Shown: positions 18,274 to 28,388, counted from the stretch's first letter. The stretch: 62,935 bases of DNA from Bacillota bacterium (GCA_051744805.1 JBNJDK010000004.1:1-62935); one strand, 5' to 3'. Notes: generated by a model from the sequence alone, not told the origin. Translations and numbers: made by a program.

Positions 18274-19044
18274 TTAGACTAAAGTCTGGCGAGCTGGAAT
18301 AGGAATTGCCTCAGTTTTGTGAGCATTTTTTTCTGCCAATTTATCTATTCTCTCTCTAACTTCTTCACTTGCCTCACCAGTTAAAATATAATGATCAAGC
18401 TCTTCATAACTAACTCCTAATTCATTTTCGTCAGTTTGCCCTTCCCACAACCCTGCAGAAGGTTTTTTGTTAATTATTTTATCAGGAATCCCGAGATGTT
18501 TTGCCAGGCCTTTTACTTCAGTTTTCACAAGTCTACCCAATGGTGCAAGGTCCACTCCTCCATCACCATATTTAGTAAAATAACCCACCTTAAGTTCACT
18601 CCAGTTATCTGTACCTATTACTAAATAATTATTTATTGATGCATAATAGTAAAGAGCTATCATTCTGAGTCTTGGTTTAATATTGGCTAAAGCCATATCT
18701 TTACTATTATCTATCTTATCTTCTTTATTTTCATCTTCTTTTAAATTCATAACAAAACTCTCATAAATTTCAGATAAATCTTTTGTTTTATAATTTATAT
18801 TAAATTTATCTGCTAATAATTTAGCATCATTTTTATCTTCTTTATTACTATTACAGGGTAAAATTACACCTAATGTATCCTTTTTAAAAACCTTTTTACA
18901 TAAAACAGCTGTAACAGCTGAATCAATTCCCCCACTAATACCTATAACTGCACCATCAGCACCTGCCTTATTAACCTTATTAGTTAGCCAGGTTTTTAAA
19001 CTTTTTTCAACTTCTTTATAATCAAGATCACTCATTTCTTTCAC
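18274..19044 (-). CDS. nadE: NH3-dependent NAD+ synthetase
   Basis: 256 aa with PP-loop GISGGIDSAV and GTDNWSE...GYFTKYGDG motifs. Confidence 0.9.
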   Translation of the reverse strand: MKEMSDLDYKEVEKSLKTWLTNKVNKAGADGAVIGISGGIDSAVTAVLCKKVFKKDTLGVILPCNSNKEDKNDAKLLADKFNINYKTKDLSEIYESFVMNLKEDENKEDKIDNSKDMALANIKPRLRMIALYYYASINNYLVIGTDNWSELKVGYFTKYGDGGVDLAPLGRLVKTEVKGLAKHLGIPDKIINKKPSAGLWEGQTDENELGVSYEELDHYILTGEASEEVRERIDKLAEKNAHKTEAIPIPARQTLV

Positions 19045-19067
19045 CTCATTTTTTCTTATTTAAAATC

Positions 19068-19096
19068 ATTTTATCATCAAGTTTCTTTATATGCAA
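19068..19096 (-). promoter_or_regulatory. sigma-A promoter of nadE-niaR with a degenerate NiaR-like box in the spacer
   Basis: Minus strand: TTGCAT (19096-19091), 17-nt spacer, TAAAAT (19073-19068). The spacer contains TCAAGTTTCTTTATATGC (19077-19094), which resembles the 17701 site. Confidence 0.45.
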
Positions 19097-19309
19097 TTAT
19101 AATTAATTTGAAAATTGGCATGAAATGTTTGCATGAAAAATGATTCAGTTGTGAATTTTTTTGCACCCGGCTTTGAAAATTATTTTGCTTATATCTTTCT
19201 AGTAAATTAATTATGAAATTTCTAAAAATAAAGGAGCTAATTTTCAATGAAATGATTAATAAATATATATATTTATTTATATTTATTTTTATTTAAAAAT
19301 TACTTTTTA

Positions 19310-19325
19310 TGGCACAGTTTTTGCA
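19310..19325 (+). promoter_or_regulatory. sigma-54 promoter (-24/-12) upstream of abgT
   Basis: TGGCACAGTTTTTGCA has exact GG-N10-GC spacing and a near-consensus TGGCAC-N5-TTGCA. It lies 144 nt upstream of the abgT ATG. Confidence 0.7.
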
Positions 19326-19468
19326 ATAATATTGAATGTGCATGATAACTTATATAAAGATATGATTATATGTCCAGAAAGGAGGGGAGAAATAAGTTTT
19401 GCGGACAGCAATAATTGGATAGTTAATATTTATATTATAATTTATAACTAAAATTATTAAGGAGGGTT

Positions 19469-20992
19469 TTGATGAATCCTGAAACTAAAAATGAAGATGT
19501 AACTTTTACTGATAAAATTTTGAACGGGATTGAAAGAGTCGGTAATAAATTACCTCAACCAATTATCTTATTTTTCATTCTTGCAGGATCAGTTCTCTTT
19601 ATATCATGGTTTATTAGCCTATTTAATGTAGCAGTCCAACACCCTGGTACTGGAGAAACTATAGAAGCAGTAAACTTACTTTCCAAATCTGGTTTGCAGA
19701 GGGTTTTCACTGAAGCAGTCGATAACTTTACCCAATTTGCACCACTTGGAGTTGTACTTGTAGCTATGTTAGGTGTTGGTATAGCAGATAAATCTGGTCT
19801 AATAACAGCAGCTCTAAAGAAATTAGTTATGGGCGCACCAGATAGATATATTACTGCAGTAGTTGTTTTTGCAGGTATTATGTCTAACTTAGCACTTGAT
19901 GCAGGATATGTTGTCCTCGTACCTCTTGGAGCAATTATTTTTGCTGCAAAAGATCGGCATCCATTAGTTGGTCTTGCTGCAGCTTTTGCTGGTGTATCAG
20001 GTGGATTTAGTGCTAACTTGATTATCTCTGCTCTTGATCCACTCCTAGCAGGTCTATCTACTGAGGCTGCACAACTTATAGATACAGGTTATACAGTTGT
20101 ACCTACCTCTAACTGGTATTTTATGATAGCTTCCACATTTTTGGTTACTATCGTTGGTACCTGGGTTACTGAAAAAATTGTAGCTCCTCGTTTTGGAGAA
20201 TACCATGGTGAACATAGTGAAGAAATGGATGAAGTAAAACCTGAAGAAAGTAAAGGTTTAAAGTCAGCTTTCATCTGGATGATTATCACTATAATAGGCA
20301 TCGGAGTACTTTCTCATTTTGTATTAAGAGGAGAAGATGGCAGTCTTATTAAAACAATCACACCATTTGTTAATGGTATGGTTCCACTTATTGCAATTTT
20401 CTTTTTCATTCCTGGTATTGCTTATGGTAAAAAAGCTGGAACTATAAAAAATAGTGATGATGTAGCAGATTATTTTGAAGAAACAATGGCTGATATGGGT
20501 GGATATGTCGCTTTAGCCTTTGCAGCAGGACAGTTTGTTTCCTACTTTAGTTGGTCAAATCTTGGTACTATTTTAGCTATTAAAGGAGCAGATTTTCTGC
20601 AGGCTATTAATTTTACAGGACTTCCTTTAATACTTGTCTTCATATTTGTTGCCGCTCTTATTAATATCTTTATAGGTAGCGCAACAGCTAAATGGGCAAT
20701 TATGGCTCCCGTATTTGTTCCAATGCTTATGCAATTAAATTATTCACCAGAATTTGCCCAAATGGCATATCGTATTGGTGATTCAACAACAAATATCATC
20801 TCTCCATTAATGCCCTATTTTGCAATTATTATAGCCTTTGCCAAAAAATATGATGATGATTTAGGAATAGGTACACTTATTTCTACAATGTTACCTTATT
20901 CTGTTGCTTTCTTTATCGCCTGGGCTATTTTACTTGTAATCTGGTTTGTATTCAACTTACCAATTGGTCCTGGTGGAGCACTATTCTATTAA
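19469..20992 (+). CDS. abgT: AbgT-family transporter (p-aminobenzoyl-glutamate transporter family)
   Basis: 507-aa polytopic protein with the typical AbgT N-terminus (LNGIERVGNKLPQPIILF). SD AAGGAGGG precedes the ATG. Confidence 0.8.
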   Translation: MMNPETKNEDVTFTDKILNGIERVGNKLPQPIILFFILAGSVLFISWFISLFNVAVQHPGTGETIEAVNLLSKSGLQRVFTEAVDNFTQFAPLGVVLVAMLGVGIADKSGLITAALKKLVMGAPDRYITAVVVFAGIMSNLALDAGYVVLVPLGAIIFAAKDRHPLVGLAAAFAGVSGGFSANLIISALDPLLAGLSTEAAQLIDTGYTVVPTSNWYFMIASTFLVTIVGTWVTEKIVAPRFGEYHGEHSEEMDEVKPEESKGLKSAFIWMIITIIGIGVLSHFVLRGEDGSLIKTITPFVNGMVPLIAIFFFIPGIAYGKKAGTIKNSDDVADYFEETMADMGGYVALAFAAGQFVSYFSWSNLGTILAIKGADFLQAINFTGLPLILVFIFVAALINIFIGSATAKWAIMAPVFVPMLMQLNYSPEFAQMAYRIGDSTTNIISPLMPYFAIIIAFAKKYDDDLGIGTLISTMLPYSVAFFIAWAILLVIWFVFNLPIGPGGALFY

Positions 20993-21012
20993 ATTTAAAT
21001 CATAGTATTAAA

Positions 21013-21043
21013 AAACCTCCTGCTTTTACTTAGCAGGAGGTTT
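21013..21043. terminator. bidirectional intrinsic terminator (abgT / pgi)
   Basis: Stem AAACCTCCTGC / GCAGGAGGTTT with a 9-nt loop, flanked by an A-run and a T-run. Confidence 0.8.
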
Positions 21044-21050
21044 CTTTATC

Positions 21051-22457
21051 TTAAATTATCCAGTTGTCGTCATGTGATGTTTTTCCTTCATATTCTTCTT
21101 TCATTTCTTCATAACCTTTTCTACCTAAAACTCCATAAGTATATTGTTTACCTAATTCCACTCCTGGCTGATTAAAGGCATTTATATTAAAAAGTTCACC
21201 TGTAAATGCTGTTTGTAATTCCAGCATATAAATCAACTGTCCGATAGTATATTCACTTATTTCAGGTAAAATGATGGTTTCATTTAATCTTTTTCTTTCT
21301 GTCAGTGCAAGTTCAGTAGCATTCTTTTCTGTTTTAATCAATTCATTAAGTGTATGACCACCTAAATAATTAACTCCTTCTATGTCTTCATAAAGTTTTG
21401 GAATTTCAACTTCATTATCAAAATTTTCAACTTCAATAAAAGTTATAATTTTATCATAAGGACCTTCCATGTAAAGCTGAGCCTGAGAATGTTGGTCAGT
21501 TGCACCTAAAGCTTTAACAGGTGTTGGTCCAACATTGATTTTTTTATTACTCCTATTTACTTCTTTCCCTAATGATTCAGCCCATAATTGACGATACCAG
21601 TCAGCCATATCTTTTAGTTGATGAGCATAAGGCATCATTACCGAAATAGTTTTACCATGATTATAAGCTAAATAATGCAATAATCCATTTAAATATGCTG
21701 GATTTTCTTTTAAATTAGAAGTAGAACATCTTTCAGCCATAGCTGCCGCCCCTTTTAATAATTTTCTGATATCAACTCCACAAAAAGCAGCTGAGATAAG
21801 GCCTACAGGTGTTAAAACAGAAAATCTTCCTCCAACATTGTCAGGTATGTGGAAAGTTTTAAAATTCTCTCTATCAGCTATTACACGCAAATAACCAGAA
21901 TCTTTACTTGTAGTTGCAATAAAATGTTCAGATAAATTATTTTCCCCTACTTCTTTTGCTACTTCTTCTCTGGCTATTAAAAACTGACTCATAGTTTCAG
22001 CTGTACTCCCGGATTTAGTTATAACATTAAATAATGTTTTTTCAAGATCCAAACTTGAAAGTAAAGATTTTAAACGAACTGGGTCTACATTATCAGGTAC
22101 AAAAAGTCGCGGATTTCCATTTCTTTTTTGGGAATCAAGATTATAATAAGGTTTATTAAGAGCAGTTTGAAGGGCTATATTACCTAAAGCAGAACCCCCT
22201 ATACCAATTACCACAAAGTTTTTATAACCTTTTCTTTTTTCAACCTCATCTTCAATTTCAGAAATTAATTCTTCTGATTGAGCAGGTAAATCCATAAATC
22301 CCATTTTACCATTAGCTCTATCTTCTTTTATTTTTTCATGAATTAAATTAGTTTTTTCTTGAAAATCTATAATATCCCCTTCAGAAATTCCATGTTTCTC
22401 TCCAACCATATTATCTAACATATTGTTTACATCAAGTTTAATTTCTTTATTTTTCAT
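21051..22457 (-). CDS. pgi: glucose-6-phosphate isomerase
   Basis: VIGIGGSALGN, GGRFSVLT and ATDQHSQ motifs. ATG at 22457 follows AAGGGGGA at 8 nt and is preferred over the track start 22481. Confidence 0.9.
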   Translation of the reverse strand: MKNKEIKLDVNNMLDNMVGEKHGISEGDIIDFQEKTNLIHEKIKEDRANGKMGFMDLPAQSEELISEIEDEVEKRKGYKNFVVIGIGGSALGNIALQTALNKPYYNLDSQKRNGNPRLFVPDNVDPVRLKSLLSSLDLEKTLFNVITKSGSTAETMSQFLIAREEVAKEVGENNLSEHFIATTSKDSGYLRVIADRENFKTFHIPDNVGGRFSVLTPVGLISAAFCGVDIRKLLKGAAAMAERCSTSNLKENPAYLNGLLHYLAYNHGKTISVMMPYAHQLKDMADWYRQLWAESLGKEVNRSNKKINVGPTPVKALGATDQHSQAQLYMEGPYDKIITFIEVENFDNEVEIPKLYEDIEGVNYLGGHTLNELIKTEKNATELALTERKRLNETIILPEISEYTIGQLIYMLELQTAFTGELFNINAFNQPGVELGKQYTYGVLGRKGYEEMKEEYEGKTSHDDNWII

Positions 22458-22662
22458 AAAAAATGTCCCCCTTTTGCTCAAATTATATACAAACTTTAGT
22501 TAAATAAATTATACCAAAGTTTTTTAAAACTAACAAGCTGAATTCAAAACCTAAAATTGAAATAAAGAAGTTAATATGTTATTATTTTGATATTAGAAAG
22601 AAGAATAATATCAGAGTAATTTTTGAAAAATATTGAGAAATATTTTAAAAGAGGTTAAAAAT

Positions 22663-23331
22663 ATGAAAAATAAAATTTTAAACTATATTGACAAAGGAAG
22701 ATTTGAGGAAATCGTAGAATATATTATTAAGGATAAAAACCTTAATCATAAAGAAAAACTAATTCTGATAATTTTATTTAATCAGGCCAAAAAAAAATTC
22801 CCAGATAAAAAAACTCTAGCTGAAAAATCTTCCCTTTCAACTAAAGAAGTTAATAAAATACTAGAAAATTTAATTGATAATAATTGGTGTACAAATGATA
22901 TTTTAAATAATCCCTCACAACAAACTGCCTGTTATCTAAATTTAAGAAGTTTTCAAAAAAAAGATCAGACTCTCTACAAACAAAAAGGAAGCAAAATTGC
23001 AAAAAATTGGTCTGAAATTTTCGGAACACAACAATTAACTCCAGTTAATCTTGAAAAATTCATTTCATTTATTGATGATGGTATTCAGGAGAAAGTTATC
23101 ATAGAAGTAATGAAATTAAGTGCCGAAAACGCTGAAGGAAATCCTGTAAATTATGCCCTTAATGTACTCCACAATTTCCTTAAAAGAAATATCTTAACCT
23201 GGGAAGATTTCCAGGAAGAAAGGGGGGAACGAGAAGAATATGAGCGAAAAGTTCAGGAAAATAATAGAGCAAAAGAAAAAAGAAAAAAACTCCATGACAT
23301 CGAAGAACTTAAAGAAAAAGGATGGAATTAA
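22663..23331 (+). CDS. DnaD-domain replication protein (DnaD/DnaB-like)
   Basis: N-terminal wHTH-like region and a C-terminal DnaD-type repeat (NWSEIFG...INLEKFISFIDDG...NPVNYALNVLHNFLKRNILTWEDF). ATG at 22663 follows AAGAGG. The C-terminus is ...IEELKEKGWN. Confidence 0.7.
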   Translation: MKNKILNYIDKGRFEEIVEYIIKDKNLNHKEKLILIILFNQAKKKFPDKKTLAEKSSLSTKEVNKILENLIDNNWCTNDILNNPSQQTACYLNLRSFQKKDQTLYKQKGSKIAKNWSEIFGTQQLTPVNLEKFISFIDDGIQEKVIIEVMKLSAENAEGNPVNYALNVLHNFLKRNILTWEDFQEERGEREEYERKVQENNRAKEKRKKLHDIEELKEKGWN

Positions 23332-23350
23332 AAAAGTTTCAAAAGAAAAA

Positions 23351-24070
23351 ATGGTAAAAAAGTTAAAAAAAGAAATTATAAAAAATGCTAATATAGATCC
23401 TCTTTATCAGGATTGCACTTTTAATAATTTTGATGAAAGTGTTTTAAGCAAAGAAAATTTAAAACCTTATAAAAAAATAGAAAATTATGGTCGTCATATC
23501 GATGCAGCTATAAGAAAACCACAATCAATTTATATACTTAGCGAATATCCAGGTATAGGTAAAACTCACCTGGCAGTTGCTATTTTAAAATATGCTGCCC
23601 AAAAAATAGCTGAAAGAGAATATGAAGAAAATGAAGTAGTACGTTATGGTATAAATAGAAGAACAACAACCTGGACCCCAGTTTATTTTATAAATGTTTC
23701 AGAAGGTTTGCAGGATATAAAAAACGACTATAGTGATAATGGAGCTGAGTTCAAACAATCAGAAATATTTAACCGTGTCAAAAACGCCCAACTTGTTGTT
23801 TTAGATGATATTTTTAATGAAATAAGATATACCCCTTTTATTATGGAAACTATTTTTTACTGGGTAGATTATCGTCTCAAAAATAATTTGGCTACAATAT
23901 TTACTTCCAATCATAATTTTGAAATATTTTTAGAAGATGACACTTCTCCAATTGATAATGAAAGACTAAAAACTGTTGCTAGAAACACTGCTTCTAGAGT
24001 AGGAAAAATGGTGAAAAACTACAAAGTTGCTTTTGAAAGTAGTCCAAAAACAGATTATAGACAGAAATAA
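23351..24070 (+). CDS. DnaC/DnaI/IstB-like AAA+ ATPase (helicase-loader type)
   Basis: CTFNNFDES pattern, Walker A PGIGKTHLA and Walker B LVVLDDI. The internal ATG 23351 avoids the 92-nt overlap produced by the track start 23240. Confidence 0.7.
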   Translation: MVKKLKKEIIKNANIDPLYQDCTFNNFDESVLSKENLKPYKKIENYGRHIDAAIRKPQSIYILSEYPGIGKTHLAVAILKYAAQKIAEREYEENEVVRYGINRRTTTWTPVYFINVSEGLQDIKNDYSDNGAEFKQSEIFNRVKNAQLVVLDDIFNEIRYTPFIMETIFYWVDYRLKNNLATIFTSNHNFEIFLEDDTSPIDNERLKTVARNTASRVGKMVKNYKVAFESSPKTDYRQK

Positions 24071-24084
24071 AGGTGGGATCAAGA

Positions 24085-24456
24085 TTGTTATCACGTACAG
24101 AAACTGTTAAGCGTCTTATCAAAATTAGAAAATCAATTCAAAATAATGAGGATAAACTTAATGAAGCGAGTTTAAATAATCTTAAAAATGAAGTTGATGA
24201 ACTTCTGGTTGATGTTATTGGAGCTCCAGAAAAATTACAATATAAAGTTAATGAAATTCTAACTCAGGTTATTGAAGGTAATATAAAAATAGATACTGCC
24301 TTAGTAGCAATTCATGAGCTGGTAAATGAAGGAATGGAACCTGTTAAATATAAAAATAAGAAAAAATCTGCCTCAAAGAAAAAAAGGCAGAAATTTCAAA
24401 GAAATAATCCTGATTTAAATATTACTGAATTAGAAAAAAGGGGCTGGAATAATTAA
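24085..24456 (+). CDS. hypothetical helical protein with a basic tail and C-terminal GWN motif
   Basis: TTG at 24085 follows AAGGTGGG at 7 nt (track GTG 24073). I recognise no family. The C-terminus is ...ITELEKRGWNN. Confidence 0.6.
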   Translation: MLSRTETVKRLIKIRKSIQNNEDKLNEASLNNLKNEVDELLVDVIGAPEKLQYKVNEILTQVIEGNIKIDTALVAIHELVNEGMEPVKYKNKKKSASKKKRQKFQRNNPDLNITELEKRGWNN

Positions 24457-24899
24457 AGTCGTGCCCCTCCTTCTCGACTTTTATATCTTTTTAAAATTAT
24501 ATTACTTTTAACTCTTGTGATACCTTTTTGAGAATAAATTTTGTTTATTAAAAAATCTTCTAATTCGTCCTGGTTTTTTAATAAAGAATGCATATGAAGT
24601 GTACTTGCTCCAGTCATCAAATAAAGACTATATACCCTATCCTCTTTAGCTAATTCATTTGCAACTTCATCTAAATGATTTGGTTCAACATCTATTTCAA
24701 AAAATGCAGATAGTTTTTTATCAACTTTTTCAGGATTAATAACAACAGTAAATTTTTCAATTATACCTTTTTTTTGCAGTTTAACTATTCTTTCTCTAAT
24801 ACTAACTCTTGTTAAATCAAGTCTTCTTCCCAATTCAGCATAGCTCATCCTTCCATTGTCTTCAAGTACTCTTAAAATTTGCTTATCAACTTCATCCAT
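24453..24899 (-). CDS. Lrp/AsnC-family transcriptional regulator
   Basis: 148 aa. HTH DEVDKQILRVLEDNGRMSYAELGRRLDLTRVSIRERI plus a C-terminal RAM-like domain. Confidence 0.85.
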   Translation of the reverse strand: MDEVDKQILRVLEDNGRMSYAELGRRLDLTRVSIRERIVKLQKKGIIEKFTVVINPEKVDKKLSAFFEIDVEPNHLDEVANELAKEDRVYSLYLMTGASTLHMHSLLKNQDELEDFLINKIYSQKGITRVKSNIILKRYKSREGGARL

Positions 24900-24933
24900 T
24901 TTAATTATCTCCTTTCTTTACTATCTAAATAGT

Positions 24934-26496
24934 TTATAAGATTATATAAGAGGCAGTTCCAATTATTAATGCCATAACAATTGCATACCCCATTGTTTTT
25001 TTCATAACTTCTCCCTCACGACCAACTATATTAGTAACTCCTGTACCTAAAGCTATTGTGGTAGGAGTCATCATTTTTCCTAAAGATCCCCCGGCAGTTT
25101 GAAGTGAAGTAATTGCTAAACTATTTATCCCAATTATTTCAGCTACATCTCTTTGAAATGCACTAAATAATATATTTGACGAGGTAGTACTACCAGTCAT
25201 AAATGTTCCAAGTATTCCTATGATTGGAGAAACAATAGGATAAACACTCTCAGCCATCATTGCTGTTCCCTGAGCTAAAAGATTAATTATTCCTGAGTCC
25301 ATCATAACCACTGACATCATACTCATTGACATAACTGTAATAGTCGATGGTAAGGCCTGTGAAGAAATTGAACTTAATATTGTCTTACTATATTCTTTTT
25401 TCCACAATCCCTTATATTTATAAAATAAAATAGAACATATAGCTGATAATAATATTAATGTTCCTGGAGTTGTTAATATAGAAATTGGAGAATATGATTC
25501 AACAGCTTTATTAACAAACCCTAATGATGTTGAAGTTCGCGGAAATGAAAAACCTATTTTATATTTAGATAATATATTATTTAAAGGAGTAAGATATATA
25601 ACAAAAACAAAACCTAATAAAAAGTAGTATGGTGCAAAAGCTGTATGAAAATCTATTTTTTCTTCTTTATTTTCATCTTCTGAAACCTTTATTTCTCCGT
25701 TTTTATACCATTTGAATTTGGGTAATACTAAAGCTCCAACAATCAAACCTACAGTACCAGCTGCTAGAGAAGCAATATAAGGTAAAACAAAATTTGCAAC
25801 TAAAATCAGAGTACCTCCCATAGTAATTCCCATCATTAAAACAGCAGGTAAACCATGCTTAAGACCTTTCCAACCATCATATAAATAAGAAATACCTAAA
25901 CCTGTCATAAGACAAATTGCTCCCAAAAAAAGACTGCTCCAAAAAGCCAATCCAGAAGAATCCAACCCACTTAAATTCACTAATACTCCAAATGATGAAC
26001 CTAAAGAACCAAAACCTACTGCCCAGGCATGACCCATAAGTGAAGAAGCAGTTGCCAACACTGGGTTAAAACCAAGTCCAACCAGCAATAAAGCTGAAAC
26101 AGCTATAGGAGTACCAAATCCTGTAACTCCCTGTACAAATGTGGTCAATGCCCAGCCAACAACTAATAATTGCAAAAGTTTATCTCCGCCTGTTAAACTT
26201 GTAAATCTATCTGCAATAACTTCAAATCCATTTACTCTATCAACAATATTAAAAAGGGCCATAGCTCCCCAGATAATAAATAAAATAAATACTGTTGTCC
26301 AGAGTCCTTTTAATGAAGCTATAGAAATCAATTTAAAGTTACCACCAAATACAAAAAAAGATAGAACTGCTGCTAAAATCCAGCTAAAAGTACCTGCTTT
26401 CCCTCCACTCCAGCTTAAAAACATCATTAAAATAAGAATAGACATAACTGGTATAAGTGCTATAAACCATTGAACCATATCTACATTCTCTAACAT
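24934..26496 (-). CDS. lctP: L-lactate/glycolate permease (LctP family)
   Basis: 520-aa polytopic protein with the typical LctP pattern (FVQGVTGFGTPIAVSALLLVGLGF). Confidence 0.8.
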   Translation of the reverse strand: MLENVDMVQWFIALIPVMSILILMMFLSWSGGKAGTFSWILAAVLSFFVFGGNFKLISIASLKGLWTTVFILFIIWGAMALFNIVDRVNGFEVIADRFTSLTGGDKLLQLLVVGWALTTFVQGVTGFGTPIAVSALLLVGLGFNPVLATASSLMGHAWAVGFGSLGSSFGVLVNLSGLDSSGLAFWSSLFLGAICLMTGLGISYLYDGWKGLKHGLPAVLMMGITMGGTLILVANFVLPYIASLAAGTVGLIVGALVLPKFKWYKNGEIKVSEDENKEEKIDFHTAFAPYYFLLGFVFVIYLTPLNNILSKYKIGFSFPRTSTSLGFVNKAVESYSPISILTTPGTLILLSAICSILFYKYKGLWKKEYSKTILSSISSQALPSTITVMSMSMMSVVMMDSGIINLLAQGTAMMAESVYPIVSPIIGILGTFMTGSTTSSNILFSAFQRDVAEIIGINSLAITSLQTAGGSLGKMMTPTTIALGTGVTNIVGREGEVMKKTMGYAIVMALIIGTASYIIL

Positions 26497-26799
26497 TTTA
26501 TCATCCCTTTATTTCATTAATTATAATATTAATTATCTAAATTTCTAAAAAAAGTATATCATACAAATTTTACAATTGTCAACTATATTACCTATATCTT
26601 TTTATAAAAGAATTAATTTAACAAATTATAGAGATAAAAAATGCCATAATAGATAAAAAATGATTACAATGTGAAATAAGAGTTTTGCAAATATATTTAC
26701 AAATATTAAAATTTCAATAATAACTTGTAAGTTATATACTTTATTATTATAATACAAGTGTTATAATAGTAAAAAATATAATACTCGAGGTGAAATATT

Positions 26800-27348
26800 A
26801 TGAAAAAAGAAAAACTAATAGATGATCTTCAAACTGCTTTCCAGGATTTAATAGAAAAATCAAATCCAAAAGAAAATGAAATTTTCATTTTAGGTGGTAG
26901 TAGTAGTGAAATTCAAGGAAAAGATATTGGATCAAAAACGAATCTTAACTTAGGTGAAATAGTAATTGATACATTTTTAAAATTAGTAAAAAACCATAAT
27001 TTGTTTTTAGCTGTTCAGGGTTGTGAACACACTAATAGAGCCCTTGTAATTGAAAGAAAATGTTTGGAAAAATATAATTTAGAGGAAGTTAATATAATCC
27101 CTCACAAAGATGCAGGTGGAGGTTTTGCTACTGCAGCCTATAATAATTTTTCTGACCCAGTTATGGTAGATGAAATCAAAGGTCATCTTGGTCTAGATAT
27201 TGGAGATAGTTTTATTGGGATGCATTTGAAAAATGTAGTAATTCCTGTCAGATTAAGTTTAAATAGTATAGGAAAAGCTCATTTGACTGCTGCCAGAACA
27301 AGACCCAGACTTATTGGTGGAGATAGAGCTAAACATCAAAAAAGATAG
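26800..27348 (+). CDS. TIGR01440 / UPF0340 (YwlG-like) protein of unknown function
   Basis: 182 aa with AVQGCEHTNRALVIER and IGMHLK motifs, as in the YwlG family. Confidence 0.65.
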   Translation: MKKEKLIDDLQTAFQDLIEKSNPKENEIFILGGSSSEIQGKDIGSKTNLNLGEIVIDTFLKLVKNHNLFLAVQGCEHTNRALVIERKCLEKYNLEEVNIIPHKDAGGGFATAAYNNFSDPVMVDEIKGHLGLDIGDSFIGMHLKNVVIPVRLSLNSIGKAHLTAARTRPRLIGGDRAKHQKR

Positions 27349-27370
27349 TTCTAAAATTAACCCAAATGAA

Positions 27371-27395
27371 AACCGGCAGATTAAATCTGCCGGTT
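27371..27395. terminator. intrinsic terminator hairpin between convergent genes
   Basis: AACCGGCAGA / TCTGCCGGTT with a 5-nt loop. Confidence 0.7.
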
Positions 27396-27425
27396 AATTA
27401 AGTATTAATCTTTATTTGTTATTAA

Positions 27426-27782
27426 CTACTCAACAGTAATTTCTTTTTCGCCTTCCCACTGATCATGTAAGTTACAGAAAATAAATGATCTCAAAGTACA
27501 GGATTCTTCAAGTTTAATTGTTAAAGTAACTTCAGCCTTAGCTTCTGGAGTAAAGTCCACTCTGGCTAATTGATAATAATCAGCATATAATTCTACATAT
27601 TGGATATAGTGGTCTGGTCCCATTGGATGCTCAATTTCTTTCCCCATAGTAATAGTCACATCAAAAAATTCACCTTTTTTAACCTTATCAGGTGCCTGAA
27701 TATACGGAACATGTTTTTTCTCAAGAGCAGTCTTGTCATCAGGATTTTCATTTTCCAATTTCTTTAAATCATATTTTGACAT
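27426..27782 (-). CDS. sor: superoxide reductase, single-domain (neelaredoxin-type)
   Basis: 118 aa with KHVPYI, EHPM and CNLHDQWEG iron-ligand motifs. Confidence 0.85.
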   Translation of the reverse strand: MSKYDLKKLENENPDDKTALEKKHVPYIQAPDKVKKGEFFDVTITMGKEIEHPMGPDHYIQYVELYADYYQLARVDFTPEAKAEVTLTIKLEESCTLRSFIFCNLHDQWEGEKEITVE

Positions 27783-27830
27783 TTAAAATCCCCCTTTATT
27801 TTTTAAAAATAAAATTAACGTTAACTTAAT

Positions 27831-28388
27831 TTATTTTGTGAACTTTTTAAACTCATCTTTTTTAGCTTTACAAATAGGACATTCGTCAGGAGTACCATCT
27901 TTTACAGTATGTCCACACACTTCACAAATACTAACAGATTCTAATTCAATATCATTACCTTTTTTAACTGAATCCTTTGCATCTAAAAACATTTCAGCAT
28001 GTATTTTTTCTGCTTCAATTGCATAATGAAATGAACGAATTGCTTCATTTTCTTTTTGTTCTTTAGCAACTAACTGATAACTTGGATACATTTGATCAAT
28101 TTCAAATAATTCACCTTCTCTTGCACCTTCAAGGTTCTCAACTGTATTTCCAATACCAAATCCTGCATTTGATGCAACTAAAAAATCACCTTCTACATTG
28201 TCTAGTGCTTCAAAATGATTTGATGCATGAATTTCTTCTGCATAAGCAATCGCTCTAAAAAGTAATGCTACATTGGGATACCCATCTTCTTCAGCTTTAT
28301 CACCCCAAACTTTGTATCTTTGATAAGCCTGACTTTCTCCACCAAAAGCTGAACGAAGATTTTGAGCTGTCATATCATTTTTTACCAT
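27831..28388 (-). CDS. rbr: rubrerythrin
   Basis: 185 aa. Ferritin-like diiron ExxH pairs (EEIH, EKIH) plus C-terminal rubredoxin-like CEVCGH...CPICKA. Confidence 0.9.
   Translation of the reverse strand: MVKNDMTAQNLRSAFGGESQAYQRYKVWGDKAEEDGYPNVALLFRAIAYAEEIHASNHFEALDNVEGDFLVASNAGFGIGNTVENLEGAREGELFEIDQMYPSYQLVAKEQKENEAIRSFHYAIEAEKIHAEMFLDAKDSVKKGNDIELESVSICEVCGHTVKDGTPDECPICKAKKDEFKKFTK

Noticed and set aside
19116-19133. Second sigma-54-like element TGGCATGAAATGTTTGCA upstream of abgT
   Set aside because: GG and GC are separated by 12 nt instead of the invariant 10. It is more likely part of an upstream repeat or activator site (GCATGAAA direct repeat) than a promoter.
22482-24456. DnaD/DnaI-like trio as a prophage or plasmid remnant, or as a defence island
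   Set aside because: There is no integrase, recombinase, repeats, tRNA target, structural or lysis genes, or nuclease/toxin-like domains, and the flanking genes are housekeeping. A chromosomal primosome operon is the simpler reading, although a mobile origin cannot be excluded from sequence alone.
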